Assembly (NCBI RefSeq): GCF_964204865.1
Contig: NC_135263.1
Coordinates: forward strand, 9,610,001-9,674,000
Length of the DNA: 64,000 nucleotides
Direction of reading: 5' to 3'
From: Styela clava
Lineage: Eukaryota
Shown here: one piece after another, positions 40,686 to 53,928 of the stretch
How the letters are laid out: every line of letters begins with the position of its first letter
Numbering within the stretch: position 1 is the first letter of the stretch
Translations under genes and position numbers: made by a program
The notes under the pieces: model-generated
Databases searched by the model: none
What the model was told of the DNA's origin: nothing
What the model saw: only the letters and a program-made list of their open reading frames with translations

Positions 40686-42316
40686 CTATGTTTGAGGCGT
40701 TTTGATTATATCTTTATTCAATTCTTTTGCTATAACCTCTCCTACTTGTGAACCTGTGGTCAGATCAGTTCCAATTGGCTTCTGTTTTTTTGGACCTGCA
40801 GTAAAAACGACAATAATTGTTGAGTGCAAAGTTTGTAAAAGACTTGAATCCAGTAACGAACCAGTTAACACTATTTTATTTACAGATAAGTAAGTGAGAA
40901 TAATAAGTAAATGATACTCACATAATTTACAGCAAAATCTTACTGCGTAGTCCTCACAGCATATTCCCTCCGGTTGTTTTTCATTCTTGCAAATTAGGCC
41001 AACCTGAGTGTCCACCACCATGTCAACATTGCCACCCGATTGCCAGGAGTCCTGAGTTGCCACAACGATGGCATCAATCGCAGTTGGTTTCTCACATACC
41101 CTGTCCTGGTTTTGGCTTACCAGATCTGACAAAAGCTCGTAGTCACCTGTACTGTCGGTAGGATCATCTACGTCATACCAGTCTGTCCAATCGTACCCTT
41201 CTTCGTCGCACTTCGGCGCTGCAACGAATACAAAAAAGTCGTGTGGCCAGTTAGATAACATCTTAAATACCAAATAATATTGAATAGTTAACAGACGACA
41301 TTGCCTTTAAAGGGCTTGTGTGGCGTATGGCAAATAAAGTGAATGAAAATTCCATCCAATGTAAACTTACCTTTCGGACAGCAGAATCTGATTTTCAGAT
41401 CTGGGCATTTTCTATCTCCTCGGTCATTGATACAGGCAACTCCTCCAGCGGGAGGAAAAATAACCAACTGTTGCGCCAATGGTGGTGGATCATTGGGATT
41501 TATCAACTCAAAGTGTTGCGCCACTGGATTTTCACACGGTTTCCTAGGAAAAGACGACCATGTCTCCCAATCACCAGTTAAGCTTGGATCATCTCTGTCT
41601 AACCAACCGCTCCAATCCCCGTTTTGACATTTAGGGATAACACCAAGTTCTGTGACATACGAAAGATATTAGTTACAAATTTGAAAGATAAAAAAAAATT
41701 AACAAACACTAAAATAGATAAATACAAGTATATATGGGTTGCCCCATTTTCAAACACAAGTAAAAGCAATCGTTCACCGTATTTTAATCGTTTTTCGCTA
41801 CAAATATTTATTGCCATTTTCAGATAAATCGTAAATGATATTATTGTATAGCATAATTTTGGCCATAATCCATACTTCAGCGCACTTGTATTCTAACTAA
41901 AGAACAGGATTTGTAAATCAACATTTTCTCGTGTTAAACGAGTTTAAACGGAGAAATTGATATAAATTTTAATAAAACACTTGTTTAACTAAATGGGAGT
42001 ATTTGTGCTTATGTGGCCTGGTAGGGCACTGGTCTAGCAACCATTATTACCTAATGAAATTATTTTTTAAATTTTTTTAATCGTCACTGTTGTCGGAGAT
42101 ACCAAAATGCGAGCTGTATAAGATGTATAAGAATTTAGAACCTCTCAAACAATGTATTAAATAATTCTCGTGAAGATTATGTGCCTTCTTGTAATAAATT
42201 CGGTGTGTAAATTGTAAAATTTTGTATTATATTGTAAAAATATACTTACGGGCACTGCTCTGATCCACGAACATCAACACAGTAAAACAACAGGACAAAA
42301 TAATTTTGAACATCAT
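40686..42316 (-). CDS. Secreted two-CysD (WxxW) protein, copy 2
   Basis: Exons 42316-42250, 41649-41371, 41218-40922, 40795-40686. Splice sites, Cys/Trp pattern and TATA (42394-42389) intact. Confidence 0.88.
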
Positions 42317-44213
42317 TTTTTAGCGATTTCGTTATTTGTTCAACTTTAAAACAAATAGGTATGGCAAAAGTCGGTTTGTGCTGCTAGCTTTATAGTAAAA
42401 TAGCTCCGGTAATGAATCATTATATTAACCGCTGCTTGTTTTTGTAATAATAAAAAAAAGATGAGTAAAAATTACTCAATCAACTATTAGTGCACATTAA
42501 TTAAAACTGCATAATTAAGAAAATTATATTCAAACGCAAATACGGTTTATTTAAACGTGTGTTACATCAACATGTATTAAACAGTTTTAAAGTGCAGCCT
42601 GTAATTTAGATCGACAACCGACAACCCAGTGTTCAAACTAGATGGTATTACATAACCGAATGAATCGAGGCGCAGTACTTACCACTTCATGGCGGCTCCC
42701 GCCACGAACGAACCGCGCCGTCACTTGCCATGATTTTATGGCGGTAGCACCGGTATATTCACACAGTCATGTACCAGTTTTAGTTTTCCATGCGGAATTA
42801 TATCTACTTAAACCTGGAACCTAACCCCAAATTAATCAAAACTGTATCCATAAGGAAGATGTTCCATTTTACCCAAAGTTTGTCACCATAAGGTATTCTG
42901 CCATTACAGCCTACATGCTATGATTTGTGGAAGCTCAGTTTTACCCACCATGGTTTTCAATTTGATTTTACGCTGCCTCACGCCATTGGTTTGTGGCAGC
43001 CAAAAAATCAGCCGCCATTAACATAAAAAATTATCTCAATTTCGCATAGCTTGGTCGAACTTTATCGGCAAATATTTATTTGGTAGGATTCAAAATTTTT
43101 GGAATTTGTTACCAATGTTTTGTTGAATGACTATTACTACCTGAATACGTTTCGACATAGGAAAACTATAGAGGATGTTTGTGTTTAATACACAGATGCA
43201 AGAAAAATAGAGTGCGGCTGTCTTCAAGTTTTGAAAAAATTAAACCAAAAAATCACTGCGTCGCACTATCGGCCTTCAATTTGTTAATTGTACGCATTTT
43301 TCATTTCTATAGAGGTATAGAGAACAGGAAATATTTATTCCGCTATCGCAAAATGCGAGATAAACGCACACTAACTAATAAGTAATGCATTTCCACCTAT
43401 TATAAAAGTATTTTTATTACGAATAAAAGTTTCATAACAGACCGTGTTATTCATATATAATAGGAAAAGTCAAAAAATTTTCAGATGTCTCAGTAATATT
43501 CAATATTCTCGTCCAACTACGCTTCCTTATTAGACATTGTTATTCCTGTCTATTGGCCAGTGATATAACTAACTACCGACGGGTGGTTTCATCTTGAGCC
43601 AATTTACGCCAATAAAATGTTGGTTTGCATATGTGTGGTAGCACTAACATTAAATAATATTGTAAAAATTGTCTGATATTTCCTTGCGACCGATTTGATT
43701 TTCAAACGGGAAACAAACGGGCGACGTGAATGATCGTGAATTATTAAAGGAAGTAAATGACGAATAACTCAAATATTTGATTTAGTTATACAAGATCCTT
43801 TCTTTCAGAGCAGGAAGTAAGACGTCCGAAAGTATCGTTTCGTCTCAATTTATTCTTCACAATCAACTTTGCAAACGATTGAAGCGTAATGGACCGTCAT
43901 ATAGGTACAAATGATCTTTTTCAATTACAAATAGTCTCACAGGTTGGTGAAGAAAATGCAAAGCATTACAAAATTTTGACAAATTTGGTCGGGATGGGAA
44001 TTTGTCCCCAATAGCCATTTGAATTAGTCAAAATCAAGGCTTTTCAGTATAACTCTGGCGTACATGAAAAGCTAAAGATGAAGGCGCACCAATTCAGTGT
44101 TGACTAGCTTTACCATAGATATCTTTCATCAAAATCTATGCCAATGGCTAACATCTTTTCAGGATAAATATTATACAAACAAGAAAGTAGACCAATAATT
44201 GACGCCAAACAAC

Positions 44214-44465
44214 CAGGGGCCTAGCCAGAAATTTTCAAAGGCGGGTGTTCTGAATTTTTTTGCCAAGTTAGATCGAAACCGCTAGCGGGTCCGATCGAAC
44301 GCTGGAATAGGCGTGTTTTTAGTAGTCTTGGGGGCCTAAAAAGCATTTCAAGTTACAGAAAATTGCTATATTTGATACAGAAAAATGATTTTATTTTTTT
44401 TGTATTATAAAAAAAAGGGGGGGGGGGGGGGTCGACCCGCCAACCACCCCCTGGTTACGCCACTG
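44214..44465. mobile_element. hAT-type MITE, array unit 2 (duplicate of 37546-37796)
   Basis: Same TIRs, TSD and insertion site as in unit 1. Confidence 0.75.
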
Positions 44466-45318
44466 CAAACAATAGACTTTGTGCCAATTTACAAAAAATT
44501 TATTAAACGAATTCATTCAAATCATTATCACTCTTTCTATCTCAGACAATATTTTCAAAATCTCCGGGCTACGTATTAAAATATGTTTGGCACCCTTTCA
44601 ATATCTTGGAATTCCATATTCATTAATTTTAACCACTGATGCCACTAATTGTTTTCACCTACCTTTCAATAAATTACTTTGTATACAAAAATGCAAGCCA
44701 ATTTAGGCGACACTAAAACATCAAAAACCAGAATAATTTTATTGGAGAACATTTTCATATATAAAGGCTCTTCACAACCTGTCACTCATAAGTTATGAGG
44801 TGGTATGCCTCAGATTTAGAATGACCAGAACCTTTCCATTTCGGCATCTTATACATTCAATTTTATCAGCTGTAGGTAGGCTAAGTAAGCTAGTGGACAT
44901 GGGTTGAACATCAGATCAAAACTGACATCCTCAACATGGTTAAATCCAAATCAGAGACCATTAGTACACTCCAAAATCAAGGAACACCACACTTCGAAAC
45001 ATTTATTTCACGCTTTCCTAAGAATGGATGTCAGATGAAGCATTTCCAGACATGCCTTTTATAAAATTCGGACACTCAATGAAAAGGATTACATGGGAAC
45101 ACAGAGAAACCTAACTCAAGGCCTACGTTTCCAGTGCATGCTGAAAAAAGCATTCGCCTTGTGACCTGGCTCCGAATTTACAGTCTTGAATATTCGCGCA
45201 TTGACCAATTTGGCCGCCGTAATATCGAGAATAATAATAGGCAGTCTTTTTATATTTGATAAAATATGTTATATCCATTATTAGTTTTATAACAAATCTA
45301 AATGATTTGTTCTTTCAG

Positions 45319-45503
45319 GTGGAGTAGACACCCCGGCTGACTGTGGTACTTTTGATATCTCAAATGCTGATCGACTGGGATTCTCAGAAGTAGAACTAGT
45401 CCAAATGATAATAGACGGAGTAGAACTTATGATCAGCTGTGAGAAGAAATTGGAATCCGGACAGAGCAACGACTTCGACGTCGAGAAACAGAAGCAAAAG
45501 TTG
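45319..45503 (+). pseudogene. Orphan duplicate of CK terminal exon (stop lost)
   Basis: Acceptor retained; TAG changed to TTG at 45501-45503. Confidence 0.88.
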
Positions 45504-46620
45504 ACTGATGCAGTTTTCCCACTACCTTTCACAAAATTTACGGTCTTCATTTAAATTTATTCTATAGATTATGCTATAATGTCTGCAACTAGTATATATT
45601 ACCTGCATGATTTACCGGTTATTTATTGATATTATTACACCCATATATATATTTATTTGTAACATTCACGTTATATATTTGTTTCGGCTATTTAATTAAT
45701 ATGATATTTTCATATAAGTAATTAAAAACATTTGAATATTTATTTTAAGTTCTAAATATGTGATTTTTTACTAGTATTAGAAAACTAAGTTACCGTAATT
45801 TAATATCACATTTTCGTTTGACGAATTCCTAGTTTTCTATATGTGCGTTTCATAATTCATTATTTTATTTCAGTTTTCATTATTTAAATGGGCTATATTC
45901 ATGAGTTCAGTATTATGTTACTTAATGTTGAGTTAGAAAAATTATTACTAATAAAAAAAATATCATCATCTAGTTCTTGATCTTTGGTTTATATTATACC
46001 GAGCAACCAACAGCTATGTGAGAGATGAGGCGACGCGACAAGTAGTAACTTAAAAAGAAGGCAGATCATACCGCCAGCGCACTCGAAGAAATTATCTTGG
46101 GTTAATGACACCTTCTTACTGTACATCCAAGAACCATCACCTCTATTGATCGGCGGCTTTCGGTCGGATGTTATACTTATACGTTCTATTGTAACATGAA
46201 ATTGATGCAACCACCATTCAGCACGGTCATAACGCGGTACAGTTATCCAGTAAGCCCAATTGCAAATCATGAAGATATGTACAATTTCATTTTCAAATGT
46301 TACATCAGCATAATTATATTTAGTTCTTTATTGGATAATAATGGAAAACGTATGTTGTCACTTTTTTATTGTTGTCATACGAATTCCTTTCATACATATA
46401 TATATATACACATAAAATTTCAAGAGATCACTTACAATATTTACCCTTAATGACATTATTATAGCGAACATTTAAATGGAATATTAAACAAAAGTCACAT
46501 TTTTATAGTGAGCATGCAATGGATCAACACTTGCACTAATTTATAAATAATGCTTGGTTGAATAGTAAGTAAGCATTCCTTGAATGAAGTGGATTGAAGT
46601 GTATCGATGAAAAGTATGAT

Positions 46621-48251
46621 CTATGTTTGAGGCGTTTTGATTATATCTTTATTCAATTCTTTTGCTATAACCTCTCCTACTTGTGAATCTGTGGTCAGAT
46701 CAGTTCCAATTGGCTTCTGTTTTTTTGGACCTGTAGTAAAAGCGACAATAATTGTTGAGTGCAAAGTTTGTAAGAGACTTGAATCCAGTAACGAACCAGT
46801 TAACACTACTTTATTTACAGATAAGTAAGTGAGAATAATAAGTAAATGATACTCACATAATTTACAGCAAAATCTTACTGCGTAGTCCTCACAGCATATT
46901 CCCTCCGGTTGTTTTTCATTCTTGCAAATTAGGCCAACCTGAGTGTCCACCACCATGTCGACATTGCCACCCGATTGCCAGGGGTCCTGAGTTGCCACAA
47001 CAATGGCATCAATCGCAGTTGGTTTCTCACATACCATGTGCTGGTTTTGGCTTACCAGATCTGACAAAAGCTCGTAGTCGCCTGTACTGTCGGTAGGATC
47101 ATCTACGTCATACCAGTCTGTCCATTTGTACCCTTCTTCGTCGCATTTCGGCACTGCAACGAATACAAAAAAGTCGTGTGGCCAGTTAGATAACATCTCA
47201 AATACCAAATAATATTGAATAGTTAACAGATGACAATATTTTTAAAGTGCTTGTTTGGCGTATGGCCAATGAAGTGAATGAAAATTCCATCCAATGTAAA
47301 CTTACATTTCGGACAGCAGAATCTGATTTTCAGATCTGGGCAATTTCTATCTCCTCGGCTATTGATACAGGCAACTCCTCCAGCGGGAGGAAAAATAATC
47401 AACTGTTGCGCCAATGGTGGTGGATCATTGGGATTTACCAACTCAAAATGTTGCGCCACTGGATTTTCACATGGTTTCCTAGGAAAAGACGACCATGTCT
47501 CCCAATCACCATTTAAGCTTGGATCATCTCTGTCTAACCAACCGCTCCAATCCCCATTTTGACATTTAGGGATAACACCAAGTTCTGTGACATACGAAAG
47601 ATATTAGTTACAAATTTGAAAGATAAAAAAAAATTAACAAACACTAAAATAGATAAATACAAGTATATATGGGTTGCCCCATTTTCAAACACAAGTAAAA
47701 ACAATCGTTCACCGTATTTTAATCGTTTTTCGCTACAAATATTTATTGCCATTTTCAGAAAATTTGTAAATGATATTATTGTATAGCATAATTTTGGCCA
47801 TAATCCATACGTCAGCTCACTTGTATTCTAACTGAAGTACAGGATTTGTAAAACCACATTTTCTCATGTTAAACGAGTTTAAACGGGGAAATTGATATAA
47901 ATTTTGATAAAACATTTGTTTCACTAAGTGGGAGTATTTCTGCTCATGTGGCCTGTTAGGGCACTTGTCTAGCAACCATAATTACCTAATAAAATTGTTT
48001 TTCAAATTTTTCCAATCGTCACTGTTGTCGGAGATACCAAAATGCGAGATGTATAAGGTGTATAAGAATTTAGAACCTTTCAAACAATGTATTAAATAGT
48101 TCTCGTGAAAATTATGTGCTTTTCTGTAATAAATTCGGTATGCAAATTGTAAAATTTTGTAATATATTGTAAAAATATACTTACGGGCACTGCTCTGATC
48201 CACGAACATCAACACAGTAAAGCAACAGGACAAAACAATTTTGAACATCAT
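46621..48251 (-). CDS. Secreted two-CysD (WxxW) protein, copy 3
   Basis: Exons 48251-48185, 47584-47306, 47153-46857, 46730-46621. Frame intact; TATA 48330-48325. Confidence 0.88.
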
Positions 48252-50998
48252 TTTTTTGCCGATTTCGTTATTTGTTCAACTTTAAAACAAATAGGTATGG
48301 CAAAAGTCGGTTTGTGCTGCTAGCTTTATAGTAAAATAGTTCCGGTAATGAGTCATTATATTAACCTCAGCTTGTTTTTTTAATAAAAAAAAAATAGATG
48401 AGAAAAAGTTTCTCAATCAACTATTAGTGCACATTAGAACTGCATAATGTAGAAAATTATATTCAAACGCAAATACGGTTTATTTAAACGTGTGTTACAT
48501 CAACACGTATTAAACAGTTTTAAAATGTAGCCTGTAATTAAGATCGACAACCGACAACCCAGTGTTCAAACTAGATGGTATTACATAACCGAATGAATCG
48601 AGGCGCAGTACTTACCACTTCATGGCGGCTCCTGCCACGAACGAACCGCGCCGTCACTTGCAAATGATTTTATGACGATAGCACCGGTATATTCACAAAG
48701 TCATGTACCAGTTTTAGTTTTCCATGCGGAATTATATATATCTACTTAAACTTGGAACCTAATTAATCAAAACTGTATCCATAAGGAAAATGTTCCATTT
48801 TACCCAAAGTTTGTCACCATAAAGTATCCTGGCGCTACAGCCTTCATGCTATGATTTGTGGGAGCACAATTTTACCCACCATGATTTTCAATTTGCTTCC
48901 GTGGTACCCCGCCTCACGCCATTGGTTTGTGGCAGCCAAAAAATCAGCCGCCATTAACATAAAGAATTATCTCAATTTCGCATAGCTTGGTCGAACTTTA
49001 TCGGCAAATATTTATTTGGTAGTATTTAAATTTTTTGGAATTTAGTTACCAATGTTTTGTTGAATGACTATCGCTACCTGAATACGTTTCGACATAGGAA
49101 AATTATAGAGGATGTTTGTGTTTAATACACAGATGCAGGAAAAATAGAGTGCGTCTGTCTTCAAGTTTTAAAAAAATTAAACAAAAAAAAATCACTGCGT
49201 CGCACTATCGGCCTTTGGTTTGGTAATTGTACGCATTTTTCATTTCTATAGAGGTATAGCGAACAGGAAATATTTATTCCGCTATCGCAAAAAGCGAGAT
49301 AAACGCACACTAACTAATAAGTAATGCATTTCCACCTATTATAAAAGTATTTGTATTACGAATAAAAGTTTCATAACAGATCGTGTTATTCATATATAAT
49401 ATGAAAAGTCAAAAAATTTTCAGATGTCTCAGTAATATTCAATATTCTCGTCCAACTACGCTTCCTTATTAGACATTGTTATTCCTGTCTATCGGCCAGT
49501 GATATAACTAACTACCGACGAGTGGTTTCATCTTGAGCCAATTTGCGCCAATAAAATGTTGGTGTGCATATGTGTGGTAGCACTAACATTAAATAATATT
49601 GTAAATATTGTCTGATATTTCCTTGCGACCGATTTGATTTTCAAACGGGAAACAAACAGGCGACGTGAATGATCGTGAATTATGAAAGGAAATAAATGAC
49701 GAATAATTCAAATATTTGATTTAGTTATACAAGATCCTTTCTTTCAGAGCAGGAAGTAATACGTCCGAAAGTATTGTTTCGTCTCAATTTATTCTTCACA
49801 ATCAGCTTTGCAAACGATTGAAGCGTAATGGACGGTCATATAGGTACAAATGATCTTTTTAATTACAAAATAGTATCACAGGTTGTAAAGAAAATGCAAA
49901 GCATTACAAAATTTTGGCAAATTTGGTCGGGATGGGAATATGTCTCCAATAGCCAATTGAATCAGTCAAAATCAAGGCTTTTTTGTATAACTCTGGCGTA
50001 CATGAAAGGCTAAATTTGAAGGCGCACCAATTCAGTGTTGACTAGCTTTACCATAGATATCTTTCATCAAAATCTATGCCAAAGGCTAACATCTTTTCAG
50101 GATAAATATTATACAAACAAGAAAGTAGACCAATAATTTAAGCCAAACTACATACTTTGTGCCAATTTAAAGAAAATGTATCAAACGAATTTATTCAAAT
50201 CATCATCACTCTTTCTATCTCAGACAATATTTTCAAAATCTCCGGGCTACGTATTAAAATATGTTTGGCACCCTTTCAATATTTCGTAATTCCATATTCA
50301 TTAATTTTAACCACTGATGCCACTAACTGATTTCACCTACCTTTCAATAAATTACTTTGTGTACAAAAATGCAAGCCAATTTAAGCGACACTAAAACATC
50401 AAAAACCAGAGTAATTTTATTGAGGGAGAACATTTTCTTAGATAAAGGCTCTTCACAACCTGTCACTCATAAGTTATGAGGTGGTATGCCTCAGATTTAG
50501 AATGACCAGAACCTTTCCATTTCGGCATCTCATACATTCAATTTTATCAGCTGTAGGTAGGCTAAGTAAGCTAGTGGACATGGGTTGAACATCAGATCAA
50601 AACTGACATCCTCAACATGGGTAAATCCAAATCAGAGACCATTAGAACATTCCAAAATCAAGGAACACCACACATCGAAACATTTGTTTCACGCTTTTCT
50701 AAGAATGGATGTCAGATGGAGCATTTCCAGACATGCCTTTTATAAAATTCGGACACTCAATGAAAAGGATTACATGGGAACACAGAGAAACCTAACTCAA
50801 GGCCTACGTTGCCAGTGCAAGCTGAAAAAAGCATTCGCCGTGTGACCTGGCTCCGAATTTACTGCGTGAACATTCGCGCATTGACCAAGTTGGCCGCCGT
50901 AATACCGAGAAGAATAATAGGCAGTATTTTCATATTTGATAAAATATGTTATATCTATTATTAGTTTTATAACAAATTTAAATGATTTGTTCTTTCAG

Positions 50999-51183
50999 GT
51001 GGAGTAGACACCGCGGCTGGCTGTGGTACTTTTGATATCTCAAATGCTGATCGACTGGGATTCTCAGAAGTAGAACTAGTCCAAATGGTAATAGAATGAG
51101 TAGAACTTATGATCAGCTGTGAGAAGAAATTGGAATCCGGACAGAGCATCGAATCCGACGTCGACAAACAGAAGCAAAAGTAG
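50999..51183 (+). pseudogene. Orphan duplicate of CK terminal exon (premature stop)
   Basis: Acceptor retained; GAC GGA changed to GAA TGA, stop at 51097-51099. Confidence 0.88.
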
Positions 51184-52297
51184 ACTGATGCAGTTTTCAC
51201 ACTACCTTTCACAAAAGTTTACGGTCTTCTTCTAATTTTATTCTATAGAATATATGTTATCCTAATGTCTGCAACCAGTGTATATTACCTGCCGATATTA
51301 TTACACCCATATATATATTTATTTGTCACGTTCACGGTATATATTTGTTTCAGCTATTTAATTAATTTGACATTTTCATATAAGTAATTATAAACATTTA
51401 AATATTTATTTTAGGTTCTAAATATGTGATTTTTTACTAGTATTAGAAAATTGAGTTACCGTAATTTAATATCAATCACATTTTCGTTTGACGGATCCCT
51501 AGTTTTCTATATGTGCGATTTCATAATTCATTATTTTATTTCAGTTTTAATTATTTAAATTGGCAATATTCATGAGTTCAATATTATGTTACTTAATGTT
51601 GAGTTAGAAAAATTATTAGTAATAAATAAAATATCATCGTCTAGTACTTGATCTTTGGTTATAATATACCGAGCAACAAACAGCTATGTGAGAGATGAGG
51701 CGACGCGACAAGTAGATCACTGAAAAAGAAGGCAGATCATACCGCCAGCGCAGTCGAAGAAATTATCCTGGGTTAATGACACCTTCTTACTGTACATCCA
51801 AGAACTATCACCTCTATTGATTGGCGACTTTCGGTTCGGGTGTTATATCTATACTTCCTATTGTAACATACAATTGATGCAACCACCATTCAGCACGGTC
51901 ATAACACGATACAGTTATCCAGTAAGCCCAATTGCAAATCATGAAGATATGTACAATTTTATTTTCAAATGTTACATCAGCATCTTTAGCATCAGTAATC
52001 TTTAGTTCTTTATCAGATAATAATGAAAAACGTATGTTGTCAATTTTTTATTGTTGTCATACGAATTCCTTTCATACACATATATATACATAAAATTTCA
52101 AGAGCATCACTTATAATACTTCCCATTAATGACATTATTATAGCGAACATTTAAATGAAATATTAAACAAAAGTCACATTTCTAGTGAGCATGCAATGGA
52201 TCGGCACTTGCACTAATACATATATAATGCTTGATTGGAAAGTAAGTAAGCATTCCTTGAATATAGTGGATTGAAGTGTATCGACGAAAAGTATGAT

Positions 52298-53928
52298 CTA
52301 TGTTGGAGGCGTTTTGATTATATCTTTATTCAATTCTTTTGCTATAACCTCTCCTACTTGTGAATCTGTGGTCAGATCAGTTCCAATTGGCTCCTGTTTT
52401 TTTGGACCTGTAGTAAAAGCGACAATAATTGTTGAGTACAAAGTTTGTAAAAGACTTGAATTCAGTAACGAACCAGTTAACACTACTTTATTTACAGGTA
52501 AGTAAGTGAGAATAATAAGTAAATGATACTCACATAATTTACAGCAAAATCTTACTGCGTAGTCCTCACAGCATATTCCCTCCGGTTGTTTTTCATTCTT
52601 GCAAATTAGGCCAACCTGAGTGTCCACCACCATGTCAACATTGCCACCCGATTGCCAGGGGTTCTGAGTTGCCACAACAATGGCATCAATCGCAGTTGGT
52701 TTCTCACATACTCCATCTTGGTTTTGGCTTACCAGATCTGACAAAAGCTCGTAGTCGCCTGTACTGTCGGTAGGATCATCTACGTCATACCAGTCTGTCC
52801 AATCGTACCCTTCTTCGTCGCACTTCGGCACTGCAACGAATACAAAAGAGTCGTGTGGCCAGTTAGATAACATCTCAAATACCAAATAATATTGAATAGT
52901 TAACAGATGACATTGCCTTTAAAGGGCTTGTGTGGCGTATGGCCAATAAAGTGAATGAAAATTTCATCCAATGTAAACTTACATTTCGGACAGCAGAATC
53001 TGATTTTCAGATCTGGGCATTTTCTATCTCCCCGGTTATTGATACAGGCAACTCCTCCAGCGGGAGGAAAAATAACCAACTGTTGCGCCAAAGGTGGTGG
53101 ATCATTGGGATTTACCAACTCAAAGTGTTGCGCCACTGGATTTTCACATGGTTTCCTAGGAAAAGACGACCATGTCTCCCAATCACCAGTTAAGCTTGGA
53201 TCATCTCTGTCTAACCAACCGCTCCAATCCCCGTTTTGACATTTAGGGATAACACCAAGTTCTGTGACATACGAAAGATATTAGTTACAAATTTGAAAGA
53301 TAAAAAAAAATTAACAAACACTAAAATAGATGAATACAAGTATATATGGGTTGCCCCATTTTCAAACACAAGTAAAAACAATCGTTCACCGTATTTTAAT
53401 CGTTTTTCGCTACAAATATTTATTGCCATTTTTAGATAAATTGTAAATAATAATATTGTATAACATAATTTTGACCATAATCCATGCGTCAGCGCACTTG
53501 TATTCTAACTAAAGTACAGGATTTGTAAAACCACATTTTATCATGTTAAACGAGTTTAAACGGAGAAATTGATATAAATTTTAATAAAACATTTGTTCAA
53601 CTAAATGGGAGTATTTGTGCTTATGTGGCCTGGTAGGGCACTGGTCTAGCAACCATTATTACCTAATAAAATTATTTTTTAAATTTTTTCAATCGTCCCT
53701 GTTGTTGGAGATACCAAAATGCGAGATGTATAAGGTGCATAAGAATTTAGAACCTTTCAAACAATGTATTAAATGATTCTCGTGAAGATTATGCGCCTTT
53801 TTGTAATAAATTCGGTGTGCAAATTGTAAAATGATGTATAATATTGTAAAAATTTACTTACGGGCACTGCTCTGATCCACGAACAGCAACACAGTAAAGC
53901 AACAGGACAGAACAATTTTGAACATCAT
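52298..53928 (-). CDS. Secreted two-CysD (WxxW) protein, copy 4
   Basis: Exons 53928-53862, 53261-52983, 52830-52534, 52407-52298. Frame intact; TATA 54006-54001. Confidence 0.88.

Noticed and set aside
37748-44431. Poly-G tracts (37748, 39975, 44417) as G-quadruplex regulators
   Set aside because: All lie inside MITE subterminal regions, and homopolymer length is error-prone.
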